NCBI GenBank assembly: GCA_013265495.1
Contig: PNXW01002946.1
Span: 1-64,000 of the forward strand
Origin: Vicugna vicugna
Taxonomy: Eukaryota
Direction of reading: 5' to 3'
DNA length: 64,000 bases
Within the stretch, counting starts at the first letter, position 1. The number at the start of each line of letters is the position of its first letter. The translations under genes were made by a program, and so were the position numbers. This document shows positions 12,670 to 27,274 of the stretch, one piece after another. The notes under the pieces were generated by a model. That model did not search any database. It was given only the letters and a program-made list of their open reading frames with translations, and was not told where the DNA came from.

Positions 12670-15600
12670 TCTTCTTTTTAATTTTTATACAAATTTAAAA
12701 GTTAATTTCCATTTACAGTTATTACAAAATATTGGCTATAGTCCTTACATTGTACAATACGTACTTGAGCCTATCTAACATGCAGTAGTTTGTACTTCTT
12801 ACTCTCCCACACCTATGTTTCCTACCCTCTCCACTAGTAACCACTAGTTTTATTTCTATATATCTGAATCTACTTCTTTTTGTTATATTCACTAGTTTGT
12901 TGTTATTTCTTAGATTCGACATATACACAATATCATACAGTATGTGGCTTTCTCTGTCTGACTTATTTCACTTTGCATAGTGCCTTCCTAGTCCATCCAT
13001 GTTGCTGCATGTGGCAAAATTTTATCTTATTTTATGGCTGAATAGTATTCCACTATATATAGACACCACTTCTTCTTTATCCACTCATCTGTTGATGGAC
13101 ACTTAGGTTGCTTACGTGCCTTGGCAATTATAAGTAATGTTGCTACAAACGTAGGGGTGCATATATCTTTTTGAAAAAGTGATTTTGTTTTTTTTTTTTT
13201 CACCTATATACTCAAGTGTGGAAGTGCTGGGTCATATGGTAGCTCTATTTTTATTTTTTTGAGAAGATTCTATACTGTTTTCCACAATGGCTGCATCAAT
13301 TTACACTCCCACTAACAGTGTACAAGGGATCCCTTTTCTCCACATCATTACCAATATTTATTTGTGTTCTTTTGATGATAACCCTTCTGCCAGATGAGGT
13401 GATATCCCTTCTGCCAGGTGAGGTGATATCTCATCATGGTTTTGATTTACATTTCCCTGATGATTAGTGATATTGAGCATCTTTTCACGTGCCTCCTGTT
13501 GGCCATCTGAATTTCCTCTTTGGAAAAATGTCTATTCAGTTGCTCTACCAATTTTTAATGGGATTGTTTGTTCATTTAAAATTAAGCTGTGTGGGCTGTT
13601 TGTATATTTTGGGAATTAGTCCCTTGTTGATCACGTCATTTGCAAATATTTTCTCCCATTCTGTAGGTTGTCAATTCATCATGTTTATGGTTTCCCTCTT
13701 TGTACAAGGTCTTTTAAGTTTAATTGGGTCCCATTTGTTTCTTTTTGCTTTTATTTCTGTTACTCTAGGAGATGGATCCAAAAAAAATATTGCTGTGATT
13801 TATGTCAGAGTGTTCTGTTTCTGTTTTTCTTTAGGTGATTTATAGTCTCTGATTTTAATTTACATCTTTAATTTGCTTTGAGATTATTTTTACATATAGT
13901 GTTAGAGAATATTCTAATATTCTTTTACAGGTAGCTTTCCAGTTTTCCCAGCACTACTTATTGAAGACACTGTCTTTTCTCCATTCTATATTCTTGTCTT
14001 CTTTGTCATAGATTACTTGACCATAAGTGAGTGGGTTTATTTCTGGACTTTCTATCCTCTCCCATTGATCTGCATGTCTGTTTTTTGTACCAATATCATC
14101 TGTTTTTATTACTGTAGCTTTGTAGTATAGTCTGAAGTCAGAGATGTGATTCTCCAGCTCTGTTCTTTCTCAGGATCATTTGGGCTATTTGGAGTCTTTT
14201 GTGTTTCCATACAAATTTTAAAATTATTTGTTTTGGTTCTGTGTAAAATGCCATTGGTATTTTGATAGGGATTGCATTGAATCTTTAGTTTGCCTTGGGT
14301 AGTATGGTCATTTTAATAATGTTGTTTCTTCCAGTCCAAGGACATGGTATATCTTTTTGTCTGTCTTCAAATTTTATCATCATTGTCATATTTTTCAGAA
14401 TACAGGTCTTCTTCCTCCATAGGTAGATTCATCCCCATGTGTTTTAGTCTTTTCAGTGCTACTTTACTGACTTCATTAATGAGCTCTAGCAGTTTTCTTG
14501 TGGTATCTTTTGGATTTTCCATGTGTAGTATCATGTCATCTGCAAACAGTGACAGTTTTGCTTCTTCCTTTCCAATTTGGATTTACTTCATTTCTTTTTC
14601 TTCTCTATGGCTAGAACTTAGAAAAATATATTGAATAAAAGTGGTGAAAGTGGGCATTCTTGTCTTGTTCTTGATCTTAGAATATGCTTTCAGGTTTTTA
14701 CTGTTAAGTATGACGTTATCAGTGGGTTTGTCATGTATAGCCCTTATTATGTTGAGGTATGTTCCCCTATGCCTGCTTTTTGGAGAGTTTTTATCATAAA
14801 TGAATGTTGAACCTGCAAAAAAATGAACTGATAGCCATATGGGAGTTCCCTTGTATGTTATTTGTTGTTTTTTCCTTGCTGCTTTTAATATTGTCTCTTT
14901 ATCTTTGATTTTCATCATTGTAATTATGTCTTTTGGTGTGTTCCTCTTTGAGTTTATACTGTATGGGACTGTCTGTACTTCCTGGTCTTGGGTGACTATT
15001 TTCTTTTCCAGGTTAGGGAATTTTTCAGGTGTTGTCTCTTCAAATGCACCATCAGGACCTTTCTTTTTCTCTCCCCTTCTGGGGACCTTATATGTGCATA
15101 TATATATATATATGCACTTGATGCTGTGCAGTGGTCTCTTAAACTTCCTTAATTTTTTTTTTACTTTTTTCTGTTCAACAGCAGTGATTTCCACTACTTT
15201 CTCATCTAGCTTGCTTACCTGTTCCTCTGTATCATTTAGTCTATTGTTGACTCCTTCTAGTGTATTTTTCATTTCAATAGTTCTTCAACACTGAACACTG
15301 TTTGGATCTTCAAATCTGTTTGGCAGTTCCTTATATTTTCTGTTTATTAACTCTTTATTGAAAACTTCTACCTTCTCACTCTGTAGATCCATTCTTCTCC
15401 CTAGTTCTTTGATCATCTTTACAATTGTTACTCTGAACTCTTTCTCAGGTAGATTGTCTATCTCCACTTTATTTAGTTCTTTTTATAGGATTTTATTCTG
15501 TTCCTTCATCTGAAACATGTTCCCCTGCTGCATCATTTTGTCTAAATTCCTATTTGTATTTTTATGTATGTGATAAGTTAGTTACGTTTCTCAACCTTGG

Positions 15601-17069
15601 AAAAGTGGCTTTCTGTAGAAGATGGCCTGTGTATACCAGCAGTGTACTCTCTTATCATCCAAGCTGTACACTATAGAGGTTCTCCTTTAGAGGGCTATGT
15701 GGGTCACTCTGTTCTGACAGGCTAACTATGTGGGTGGTCTGGTAGGTTTTGTTGGACGCTATTCCAGTTTGTTGCCAGGCCCTGCTTTGTGTATATGCTT
15801 GTAGCTGCTGTTTAGTGGGGCCTGGTCATGATTTGTCTGACTGTGGAATCCTAGGGAGACCAAGAGCTTGTACTGGCTAACTGATGGGTAGAGTCTGGGA
15901 CTGTTATCGACCCTCTGGTTGGTAAGGCTAGGTCCTGAGTTTAGTTTTAGATTACTCTAAGCAAAGCTGATTCCTGAATTCTGGCTTCAGGGTCCGGGGA
16001 TGCCAGAACTAATTTTAAATTGTTGTTGAGGGTGGGGGATTTTGTTCTTGACAATGCTGGGTATGGGCATTCCAGAAAGTTGCATTGTCCTACTAGTGGA
16101 CAAGGACAGGGCCCAGCTGGTTCCAGAGTAGGATCTGGCCTGCTATGGCTGTGCTGAGTCTGCAGGCTGTAAGATCATGGTTTCCTTGCATCTGGTATCT
16201 GCTTCCTGGAGGGTGAGGTTGGTCTGAGGCTAGTGCAGGTATCCTGGAGGGAAGAGCTTGTGTCTGCCCATTGGTCTGTGGAGCTGAGTCTTGACCCTCT
16301 GGTAGGCAGACATGTGCCTATGGGCTCAGGAAGCCTTTAGGCAGTCTGTCTTCTGATAGATTGAGCTGTGATCTGCCCAGTTAGTTGGTTGGCCTGAGGC
16401 ATCCCAGCACTGGAGGCTGCATGCTGTTGGGTGAGGCCAAGTCTTGACACTAATGACCCAAGATGTCAGTTGCCAGCAGCAGTGTTCATATAGTAGAATG
16501 TGCCTCAGTATGTGTTCCACCAATGTCTTTATCCCCAGGGTGAGCTTCAGCCCCTCCCTACCTCTCTGAAAGACTCTACAAGACCAGCAGGTGAGTCTGG
16601 CTTAATCTCCTATCATATTACAGCTTTTGTTCTGGGTCCAGGTGTGCATGAGGTTTTGTGTTCACCCTTGAAGTGTAGTCTCTATTTCCCTCAGTCCTTT
16701 GGGATGCTTGAAATTAAGTCCTGCTGGCCTTCAAGTCAGATGCTCTGGGGAATCATCTTCTTTGTGTAGAAGCCTTGGGCTGGGGAGCCCAACATGGGGC
16801 TCAGAACTCTCACTCCTATGAAAGGAACTATGCAATATAATTATTCTCCAGTTTGTGTGTTGCCCACCTCTGGGTATGGATTTGATTTTACTGCAAATCT
16901 GTACCTTCTACTAGTCTCATTGTGATTCTTTCTTTAGTTGTAGAATATTTTTCTGGTAGTTTCTAGTCTTTTTCATCCATGGTTGTTTTGCACATAGTTG
17001 TGATTTTGGTGTGCTCATGAGAGGAAATGAGCTCAGTGTCTTTCTACTCCACTATCTTAGCTGCTCTCT
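12670..17069 (-). mobile_element. LINE-1 with both ends and a large internal deletion (ORF1 joined to ORF2 RT at about 14810)
   Basis: 3'UTR and ORF2 C-half at 12670-14810; ORF1 peptides at 14810-15540; 5'UTR ends CTACTCCACTATCTTAG at about 17060. Confidence 0.9.
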
Positions 17070-17754
17070 AACTGCCTTTTCATAATTGAAGAGAAGTTCA
17101 AATTTATGATCATTATATTAACATTATTAACATATTTTTAAAAGAAAGGTACAAAAAAGAAACTCACACATAGTGAGGATCTATTTTGTTTTACTATGTT
17201 CTAGTATTTTTCATATTTTACTATAAATTCCTATCAGTTCCAGAATCTGTTGAGCTTCTAGATCCATACCCAGGATATATTAAATGTATCCTTTTTTTTT
17301 AACCTTTCAAAGTCCTTAGTCTTCTGTTTTTGCAATGGTCTAGGAATTTTAATTGTAATCAGTGAGAAAGATAGATTGTTATCAGCTTATGCCATTTTGT
17401 TTGGTATCAGAAGTCTAATAATGCATTTTAAAATTATCAGTCAAATTGATCGTTTTCTGATATTCAATATTGCTAGTTGAGGAAAATGTAGCTAATTCAC
17501 TGGTGAGGCACTGTAATTGTTTGGTTTGGGGAAAAGTCTTCCAAATTTTGACCAAAATCTTTTTCTCCTGCCTTTAATGACTGAGTAAACACATGAGAGC
17601 TTTACTAAATATTCTTCATTTCTAAATAATCAGACTGGCCCCTGAAAGTCAATTTAAATTTTACAACCTCTTTCTTCTTAAATAAGCATGAGTTAAATTT
17701 CTATTGTTTGCTTAAGAGAACACAGAGTTACAATATCTTAGTGGAAAAAAAGGA

Positions 17755-17925
17755 GCTATGTAGTATAGCAAATCTCAATTTTTATCTTTCATCAAGCACT
17801 AATTTTCTACATCTTTGGATTCAGCTACTTAACATCAGTTTTATCATTAGTAAAATTATATAATAATGCATGGACCATAGGGCAATTATGAAGCCCGAAT
17901 TATAGGACATTTGTGAAATCCAAAT
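17755..17925 (+). mobile_element. MIR SINE relic
   Basis: Degenerate MIR core (CTACTTAAC..CAGTTTTATCATTAGTAAAAT...CATAGGG). Confidence 0.5.
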
Positions 17926-18109
17926 GATAAAGTTATTTTGTTGTTATGTGTGTTATTATATAGATTGATTGCTACTTAATCATTTCACTCATAAACACTA
18001 CCAAAATAGCCAATTTGATCATTTTGGTAAGGTAGGGTATGGTACTCATCAAAACAGATCAGTAAAACATTTTAGTAGATCAAATATTAAATATGTAAAT
18101 AAACAATAG

Positions 18110-18147
18110 TTTTGCCACTAAATCTGCTTTTTGCCACTAAATCTGCT
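18110..18147. repeat. 19-bp tandem duplication (TTTTGCCACTAAATCTGCT)x2
   Basis: Read directly. Confidence 0.9.
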
Positions 18148-18819
18148 ATATGTTACAGCCCACTGTTTCTGAACTTAGCATTACACACACATTCACAGAA
18201 AAAACATGAATGAAAAGGACCTATCAGTAATTTCCTCCTGCTTTTGTCCAATATATAACTTGTCACATAAGAAACTTATATTGATAAATGAAATCTTATA
18301 TTTCTTATTTCAGAGATTAGGATTTATGAGTTTAAGATACATTAAATACTATTTTTGTATTTATTGTTTTTTTTATTTGGCCACTTGTCCTCCGATCTGT
18401 CACAATAACAATAAAGTGATGAAGATGATGATTATAATAATAGTAAACATTTATTGGGGTAATAAAAGTGATATTTAAAGCTCTCTATACTGTGTCTTGC
18501 AAATGGTAGGCACTCAGTATTTTCTAGGCCTAGTTATCTTTAAATCACCTTTATGATATTATAATATTTATTATTATTGTAAAATGTATAGTGTATTATT
18601 ATTGCTTGAAAATTAATTATTTTTGAGTAATCAATTAGAATATTCTTCTTGTTAAATCACTTTTCTATATATTTATATAATGAGCACTTAGTCTTTATAT
18701 GATGGTCTTGTGTATAATTTAATGTTTTCATATACCTTATTTAATTACACATCTTCACTGTTAAAATATTTATGACTGGATTAAAAACATATTTTAAATA
18801 TTTTTGTGTTTCTTTAATA

Positions 18820-21800
18820 TACGTTTTTAATTTAAATATAGTTGACCTGTAATACTATGGTAATTTCAGTTTTACTAAACAATGATTTGACATCTACATA
18901 AGTTGAAAAATGATCACAATGATAAACCTAGTATCTATCCTTATACTTATAAGTCACTGAAATATTTCTAACCATACAATTATGCTGTGTATTATATTAC
19001 CAAGGCTTATTTATTTCAAAACTGGTATTTGCACGTTTTAGTTCCCTTTGCCTGTTTCACTTACCTACCCTTTTCCCCTCTATCAACACTTAATCTGTAT
19101 CTATGTACTTGTAAGTCTGTTTTTATTTTGTATTATTTGTTTGTTTTGTATTTAGATCTCACATATAAGTGAAATCATATGTTTTTTATTTCTCTGTCTG
19201 AATTATTTCACTTAGCATAATACCCTCTAAGTTTATCCATGTTGTCACAAGAGTAACATTATATTCTTTTTTAATGACTTAGTAATATTCTTATTGTATG
19301 TATATGACATACCTTCTTTAATCATTCACCTATTAATGTGCATGCATGTAGGTTGCTTCCATATCAAGGGTATTATAAATAATTCTGAAATGACCATTGG
19401 AGTGCATATATCATTTTGAATTAATGTTTTTGATTTCTTTGAGTAAATACTCAGAAATGAAATTTCTAGTTCATATGTTAATTCTACTTTTTAGTTTTTT
19501 GAGGAACTTCCATACTCTTTTCCATAGTGGCTGCACCAATTTAAAATTCCACCAGTGTTGCATGAGGGTTTCCTTTTCTCCACATCCCCACAAGCAGTTG
19601 TAATTTGTTTTCTTTTTGATTACAGCCATTCTGATAGGTGTGAGGTGGTATCTCATTGTGGTTGTGATTTTCATTTCTCTGATGGTAAGTGATGCTGAAT
19701 GTTTTGTATGCATCTGTTGGCAATCTGTATATCTTTGGGGAAATGTCTATTTAGGTTCTATGCTCAATTATTTATTTATTTATTTTCAATGTTGAGATAT
19801 ATGTGTTCTATATATATCTTGGATACAAACCCCCATCAGACATTATTTGCAAATGTTTCCTCCCATTCAATAAGAGGTCATTTAATTTTGTTGATAGTTT
19901 CCTTGACTGTGGAAAATCTTTTTGAATTGATGTAGTCCCATTTGTTTATTTTTGCTTTATTTCTCTTGGCTGAGGAAGCATCTAAAAGATATTACTAAGA
20001 CTGATGTCAAAGAATGTACTGCTTATGTTTCCTTCTAGAAGTTTTATGGTTCCAGGTTTTACATTTAAGTCTAATATATTTGAGTTTCTTGTTGTGTATG
20101 TTGCGAGAAAGTAATCTATTTTGATTTTTTTTCTTGCATGTAACTGTCCAGTTTCCCAACACCATTTATTAAAGAGGCTTTCTTTTCTTCATTGTGCATT
20201 CTTGACTCCTTTGCCATATATTAAATGCCTGTATAAATTTCGATTTCTTTTTGAGCTCTCTGATCTATTTCATTGATCTATATGTCTGTTTTTGTGTGAA
20301 TACCATACTATTTTGATTATTATTGCTTTGTAATATAGTCTGAAAAAAAATCGAGATGATGATACCCCTAACTTTGTTTTTCTTTCTCAAGATTATTTGG
20401 CTATGAAGGGTTTTTGTGATTCCACATAAATTTTAGGATTATCTCCTTTAGTTCTGTGATAAATATCATTGGTATCTTGATAGGAATTTCATTGACACTG
20501 TAGATTGCCGGGGTGGTGTGGTCATTTCAGCAATATTAATTCTTCCATTCTGTGAACATGATATATTTTTCTATATGCTTTTGTCCTCTTCAGTTTCTTT
20601 GGTTCTCAGAGCTCTCAAAAGACAAGTCTTTTATTTCCTTGGTAACCTTAATTCTGAGTATTTTACTTCTATTTTATTTCCACCTGATCTTTTTTATTCT
20701 TTAGTATTTATTTTCTATCACTAACTTTGGGTTTTCTTGTTCTTTTTCTAATTCCTGTAGGTGTAAGATTAGGTTGTTTATTTGAGTTTTTTTGTTTCCT
20801 GAGGTTTGCATGATCACTATAAACTTCCCTCTTTAAACTGCTTTTGCCCAGTCCCATATATTTTGGATCATTGTGTTTTTATTTTCTTTTGTCTCCAGGT
20901 ACTTTTGATTTCCTCTTTTTTTTTTTCAGTGACTCATTTGTTATTTAGCAGTACATTATATAGCCTTCACTTGCTTCTGTTTTCTTGTAGACTTTTTTTT
21001 TTCTTGCAGTTAATTTCTAGTGTTATATTGTTGGGGTCAGAAAAGACACTTGATATGATCTTAATCTTCTCAAATGTAATGGCCTAGTATACTATCTTTC
21101 CTAAAGAATGAATTCTATTATTTTGGGATGGAATGTTCTGCTTATCTCTTAATTCAGTTCAACTCTAATATGGTATTTAAAGCCAGTGTTCTTTGATTCA
21201 TGCTTTGTCTGATTAACCTGTCTATTATTGTAAGTGAGTGTTATAGTACCTTACTGTTAAAGTACTACTGTCAATTTTTCCCTTTATGTTTGTTAATATT
21301 TATTTTATGTATATAGGTACTCCTAGTTGGGTTCATATATATTTATAATTTTCCTATTTTCTTATTGGATTAATCCTTTTATCATCATATAATATACTTC
21401 TTTGTTTTATAATTCAGGTTTTTTTAAACATTTTTTTACAAGTTATGTTTTAATGTCTATTTTGTCTGATATAAAAGTTTTGCCTCCCTACATCTAACTC
21501 CCCCCCCCATTTGCATGGAATATCTTTTTTAACATCCTCTCACTATCAGTTTGAGTTTGTCTTTAAATCTGAATTGAGTCTCTTATAGGTAGCATATATA
21601 TGAGTCTTATGTTTTTATCCATTCACCCCCTGTATGTCTTTTATTGGAGTATTTAGTTCATTTACATTTAAAGTAATTGTTGATGGATATGTGCTTATTA
21701 TCATTTTGTTTATTGTTTTCTGATTGTGTTTTCATTCTTTTTGTTCCTTTTGTTTTCTTCCTTTGATTTGATGAATGTCTTTAGTCCTGTGTTTGCATTT

Positions 21801-23862
21801 ATTTTTCTTTGTGTATGGGTTATATGTTGTTGGTTTGAGGTTAGTATTAAGTTTATATATAACTACATATTTTGTTTTTGACAGTACATTTTACATATTT
21901 TTATTCTGTGTATCCCTTAACTACTTTTTTGTAATTTTGAGTATACTATTTTTTCTTTAACTTTTATACTAGTTTTATATGTTGTTGTTTCACTATCTTT
22001 ACCATATCTTTGCCTTTACTAATGAGATTTTTCCTTTACAACTTTTATATTTCTAGTGTTGCCTTTTTTTTTCTTGGAGAAGTCTCTTTAATGTTCTTTG
22101 TAAAGCTGGTTTAGTTGTCCTGAATCCTTATCTTTTCCTTATCTGTGAAACTCTTGATCACTTCATCAAATATTAATGATAATCTTGCCAAGTTTTCTTA
22201 CTTTTCGCTTAGTTTCCTTTCTGCAATTTAAATTTGTCATGCCACTCCCTTCTGACCTGCAAAGTGTCTGCTGAAAAGTCAGCTGATAATACTATGAGAG
22301 TTCCCTTTTACATAAATATTTGTTTTCTCTTGCTGTTTTAAAGAATCTGTCCTTATTTTTAAGTTTTGCCTTTATGATAATGTATCTTTGTGTGGGCCTC
22401 TCCAGATTTATCTTGTTTGGGACACTCTGTGCTTTCTGTCTGGATATGTTTCTTTCTGTAGATTATTGAAGTTTTCAAGTATTATTCTTTCAAATATGTT
22501 CTCTGACCCTTTTTCTTTCTTCAGCTCTGGGACATTTATAATGTAAATATTAGTATACTTACTGTTTTCCCAGTGACCTCTTAAGCTACCCTCATTTTTA
22601 AAAATTAATTTTGTTTCATTTCATTTTGCTTGAGTGATTAATAGTATGCTGTCTTCCAGATGACTAATCTATTCTTCTGTATCACCCAATCTATTGTTGG
22701 ATTTATTTTAGTGTATTTTTAATTTCATTTCAGTTTTTGTATTCTCCAGCTCTGCTTGATTCTTTTAATATATCTAAACCCTTGCTGAATTTCTCACTAT
22801 GTTAATTTATTCTGTCAATTTCAGTGAGCATCATTATAACCATTACCTTGAACTACTTATCCCACCAATTGCTTACCTCCACTTGGTTTAAACATTTTTT
22901 TTCTGAAATTATGTCTTTTTCCTTCATTTCAAACATATCTCTTTGTCTTATCAATTTGCCTACTTTTCCATGTTGATTTCTGTGTATTAAGTCTATGATC
23001 TTGTTTAAGTCTTGATCTTTGAGAAATAAGCTTATGTTGGAGATGTCCTGTGGGGCCCAGGAGGATGCTCCCCTCTGGTCACCAGAACTATATACTCTAG
23101 GGGTTACCCCTATGTGGGCTATGTTTACCTTTCTGTGTGGCAGGGCCAAAAATTGGCTGTGCACTGGTAGGCAGAACTGACCCCTGAACCCACTGGCTGA
23201 GAAGTATTTTGTGGTTCAGTAGATGTGGGGCCACTGGCATTTAGGATCAGCTTTCTGCACAGCTGCTGCTTGCCCACTGGAGGGTAGGACTATGTCCCCT
23301 TATGGTTGGCTGTGTGGTCTGGTGTCTTATAGCTTCTTGTGACCCTATGATGGACAGGGAATGTCCCAGTGCTAATAGGCTAGAGGGAGTATTCAGAAAT
23401 GGCACTTGCTAGTGCTATTATCATCATGGTGAGATTTTGCAGGTACTCTTTAACACAGAGTCTCTGCATGTTACAGCCTTTGGCTGTCCTGAACATAAGC
23501 CCTGCGAATTTTTGAAGTTAAGTGTTCTGTGAGTCTGGCTTCACATTGCTGGAAACCCAGGCTGCTGAGCCAAAGTGGACCTGGACACTTTTCTCCTTGG
23601 TATAGACTTCTGCAGTTGTGATATTTCTCCTGTTTGTGAATTTCCAACCTAGGGGTGAAAGTCTTGAATATACCACATCTCCACACCTCCTACCTGTCTC
23701 ACTGTGATGTCTGCTTTACAGAATTGGTTATAAAAAACATTTGCTGCTACTTTTCATGTCATTCTCATAGATAGTTGTAATTGTAAGTAGCTGTAATTTT
23801 TGTGTGCCTACAGGAGCAGGTGAGTTCAGGGTTTTCCTACTCTGCCATTTTTGGAAATCCTC
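18820..23862 (-). mobile_element. Old LINE-1 with both ends and an internal deletion in ORF2 (about 20660)
   Basis: ORF2 C-terminal peptide at 19471-19713 (TTMRYHLTPIRMA...[12 protein letters not shown]). ORF1 remnants about 22070-22960. 5' end CTACTCTGCCATTTT at about 23850. Confidence 0.88.
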
Positions 23863-24882
23863 AAAATCTTATGATTAAACACCACATCTATATCAGAAAT
23901 GACCTTTTATCAATCAGAAGTTAATTTACTTTTGTGTTTCTTTCAAATCATTAATATTTATGAACTTTTGAGGGAAAATAAGAAAACTGTCAAGCATATT
24001 CTTGAATGCCCTTGAATTTTATATATATATATATATATAATCTGTTTTAGTAAAAAGGCAAAGCCCCAGTAAGACTATAATTAACAGAATGATTAATTTA
24101 CTAGATATTTTATCAATCCTTAAACAAGGTCCTTTTCTTTTTAATCTAATTTTTTCCTTTCAGATTCTGTTAGATTTCTTTTGAATTTTATTAAAGTATA
24201 ATTGATTTACAATGTTATGTACAAGATCCTTTTTTATACTTGTAGTAAGATGTATTATATTCATATCCCCTCTTAAAACCTAGGAAATTCATAGTTTGGT
24301 GAACTTCAATACCTAAAATTAATTTGTGTATCATTAAACTATTATCATCTAGTGACTTTTAGTACAGTGAGTCATTGTTTATTTCTGACTGCTTATCCAG
24401 TAATTATAGTGTAAGCAAGACTTTTAAAAGATTTTTTTCAGTTCTTTATCTTTTAAAGAAAAATATACTTTTAATGAGAAATAATTCACTGAATCTATGT
24501 TGTCAAAGTCTATATAGATAATTTTCTGTTCACAGATCATTAACCCAATAGATTGGTCATTATGTTCTTTGGAGTCCATTAGATGCTAGATGTGCATCAT
24601 AATGGCTCAATTCAGCTCTCAAAGTGAAGGGACAACTGGTCAGTAATCTTTTAAGGATCAAGTGCTTTGTGGTTTGAAACAGATACATCAAATGAGCATG
24701 TCAAAAATGATGTGCAGTCCTTGAAATTTAAAGATGAAATACTGACTCACTTTTCATAGTATGCTGATTTTTCAGTTCTACCTCTATATTGTCACATCAT
24801 CTTTCTTATAACTATTAGAATTTTTGAGTCTACCAGCTGAAGTAAATATTCAGTACTTTGTTGTAAATAAAGGAGAGTTTTT

Positions 24883-25700
24883 ATTTTTATTTTTTAAACA
24901 CTTTTTATTGAGTTATAGTCATTTTACAATGTTGTGTCAAATTCCAGTGTAAAGCACAATTTTTCAGTTATGCATAAACATACATATATTCATTGTCACT
25001 TTTAACTGCGAGCTACCACAAGATCTTGTATATATTTCCCTGTGCTATACATTATAATCTTGTTTATCTATTCTACATATGCCTGTCCGTATCTACAGAT
25101 TTTGAACTACCAGTCTATCCCTTCCCACCCTACTCCCCCTTGTCAACCACAAGTTTGTATTCTATGTCTATGGGTCTGTTTCTGTTTTGTGTTCATGTTC
25201 TTTTAAAAGTCCACAAATGACAAATGCTGGAGAGGCTGTGGAGAAAAGGGTATCCTCCTACACTGCTGGTGGGAATGCAGTTTGGTGCAGCCACTGTGGA
25301 AAACAATATGGAGATTCCTCAAAAGACTAGAAATAGATTTACCATAAGACCCAGTAATCCTGCTTATGGGCATATATCCAGAAGGAACCCTACTTCAAAA
25401 AGACACCTGCACCCCAACGTTAATAGCAGAATTATTTACAACAGCCAAGACATGGAAACAGCCTAAATGTCCATCAACAGATGACTGGATAAAAAAGAGG
25501 TGGTATATTTATACAATGGAATACTATTCAGCCATAAAAACTGACAATGTAACGTCATTTGCAGCAACATGGATGTTACTGGAGAATGTCATTCTAAGTG
25601 AAGTAAGCCAGAAAGAGAAAGAAAAATACCATGTGAGATCGCTCATATGTGGAATATAAAATAATAATAACAACAATAATAATAATAATAATAATAATAA
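24883..25700 (-). mobile_element. 5'-inverted (twin-primed) young L1 with TSD
   Basis: 3' end on minus (24883-25204). ORF2 C-terminus on plus (25205-25660; ...KTWKQPKCPSTDDWIKK...), then (AAT)n. TSD AAATAAAGGAGAGTTTTT at 24865-24882 and 25701-25718. Confidence 0.92.
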
Positions 25701-26189
25701 AAATAAAGGAGAGTTTTTAACTCCCTTACTTATATTTTTCATGACTGTAGTCTTAATTAGGGATATATCCACAGTATCATGAAAAGGCATAATGGATATG
25801 GAAATAAGATTGGGTTTGTGTATCCATTCTGGGTGCTAAAGAGAACATTATAAGGATCTTCTGTTTTAAGATAACCCCAAATTTCTCCAAGTTGTGACAG
25901 ACTCAGAATACCTGGATGGACAAAACAAATTCACATTAAGTCACATTAGTATTCTTTGTCATTCAGCTTTTACCCACCAAATTATGAACTTCCTTTTCAC
26001 TTCAAGTACCTTTTGAGAACTAATAAGAATTTACTAAGACATGTCATCTACTGTTTTTCTTAATGTGCTCTATGCTGTATTAACCAAATTGCATTCAAAC
26101 TATCTCTATTGGGACATTTTCTCCAGGGATTTCATGTTGTTCTGCTGCTATAAAATGTTCCACAGTCATGACCTAAGAGTCTCTTTCTC

Positions 26190-26945
26190 ACTTTTTTTCA
26201 AATTATTATTTCCCCAGGTTTATTGAGGTATAATTAAAAAATAAAACTGTTAATGCATATCACATAATTTGATATACATTGCAAAATTATTGCCACAACT
26301 TTTATAACTTTGTTTTTTTCAGCTTTACTGAGGTATAATTGACAAAATTGTAAGATATTTAAAATGTACAATGGTGATTTGATAAACATATCCTGTGAAA
26401 GTGTTACCATTGTTGTATTAGTTAACATGTTCATCACCTCACATAGTTACCTTTGTGTGTGTGTGTATGTATTTGTGGTAAAAATGCTTAATACCTACAC
26501 TCTTAGCAATTTTCCAATATTCAGTACAGTACTATTAACTACAGTCATTATGCTGTACATTAGATCTCACAAATTTATTCACCTTATTAATGAAAACTTA
26601 TACCCTTCTATCAGCATCTATTTATTTTCTTCAAACCCCGGCCCTTGGCAACAACCTTTGTATGATGTCACTCACCCATGGGATCTAACAATAAAATATA
26701 GAGACAGAGAATAAAGTAGTGGTTACTCTCAGATTTTCATCTGTCTCTGTATGTTAAGGTTGCTTCCAGGCCTTGGCTATTGTAAATAGTTTAGTGCCAC
26801 TATGCATATTGGGGTCCTTGTACCTTTTCAAATTAGAGTTTTCTTCAGATATATGCCCAGGAGTGGGATTACTAGATCATATGATACCTCTGTTTTAAGA
26901 ATCTCCATATTGTTCCCCATAGTGGCTGCACCAATTTTCATTAAT
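26190..26945 (-). mobile_element. Stacked old L1 3'UTR fragments
   Basis: Two TTTA(T/C)TGAGGTATAATT termini (about 26220 and 26325), a short plus-oriented piece at about 26657-26727, then minus L1 again. Confidence 0.7.
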
Positions 26946-27198
26946 ACAACATCTCTTTACTTGTTATCTAGCTAAAATTAATGACCTTGCTTGAGAAGAT
27001 GATGAAAGAAGTTGAAAAAGAATTGTAAGTCAGAATACAAGTTGATATTAAAAGCAAGACTTACATGCTTCAACAGATTTAAGAGTTGGTTTATGCTTCA
27101 TCACATTAAAATGGCAACATAGTTCACATTGATGCACTTGTATACAACTGTCTTATTGAGAAAACCTTATTGATAAATAGGACCATATCAATAAATAT

Positions 27199-27247
<49 letters not shown>

Positions 27248-27274
27248 GATAGATGATAGATAGATAGATAGATA
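27199..27274. repeat. (GATA)n microsatellite
   Basis: Read directly. Confidence 0.97.
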
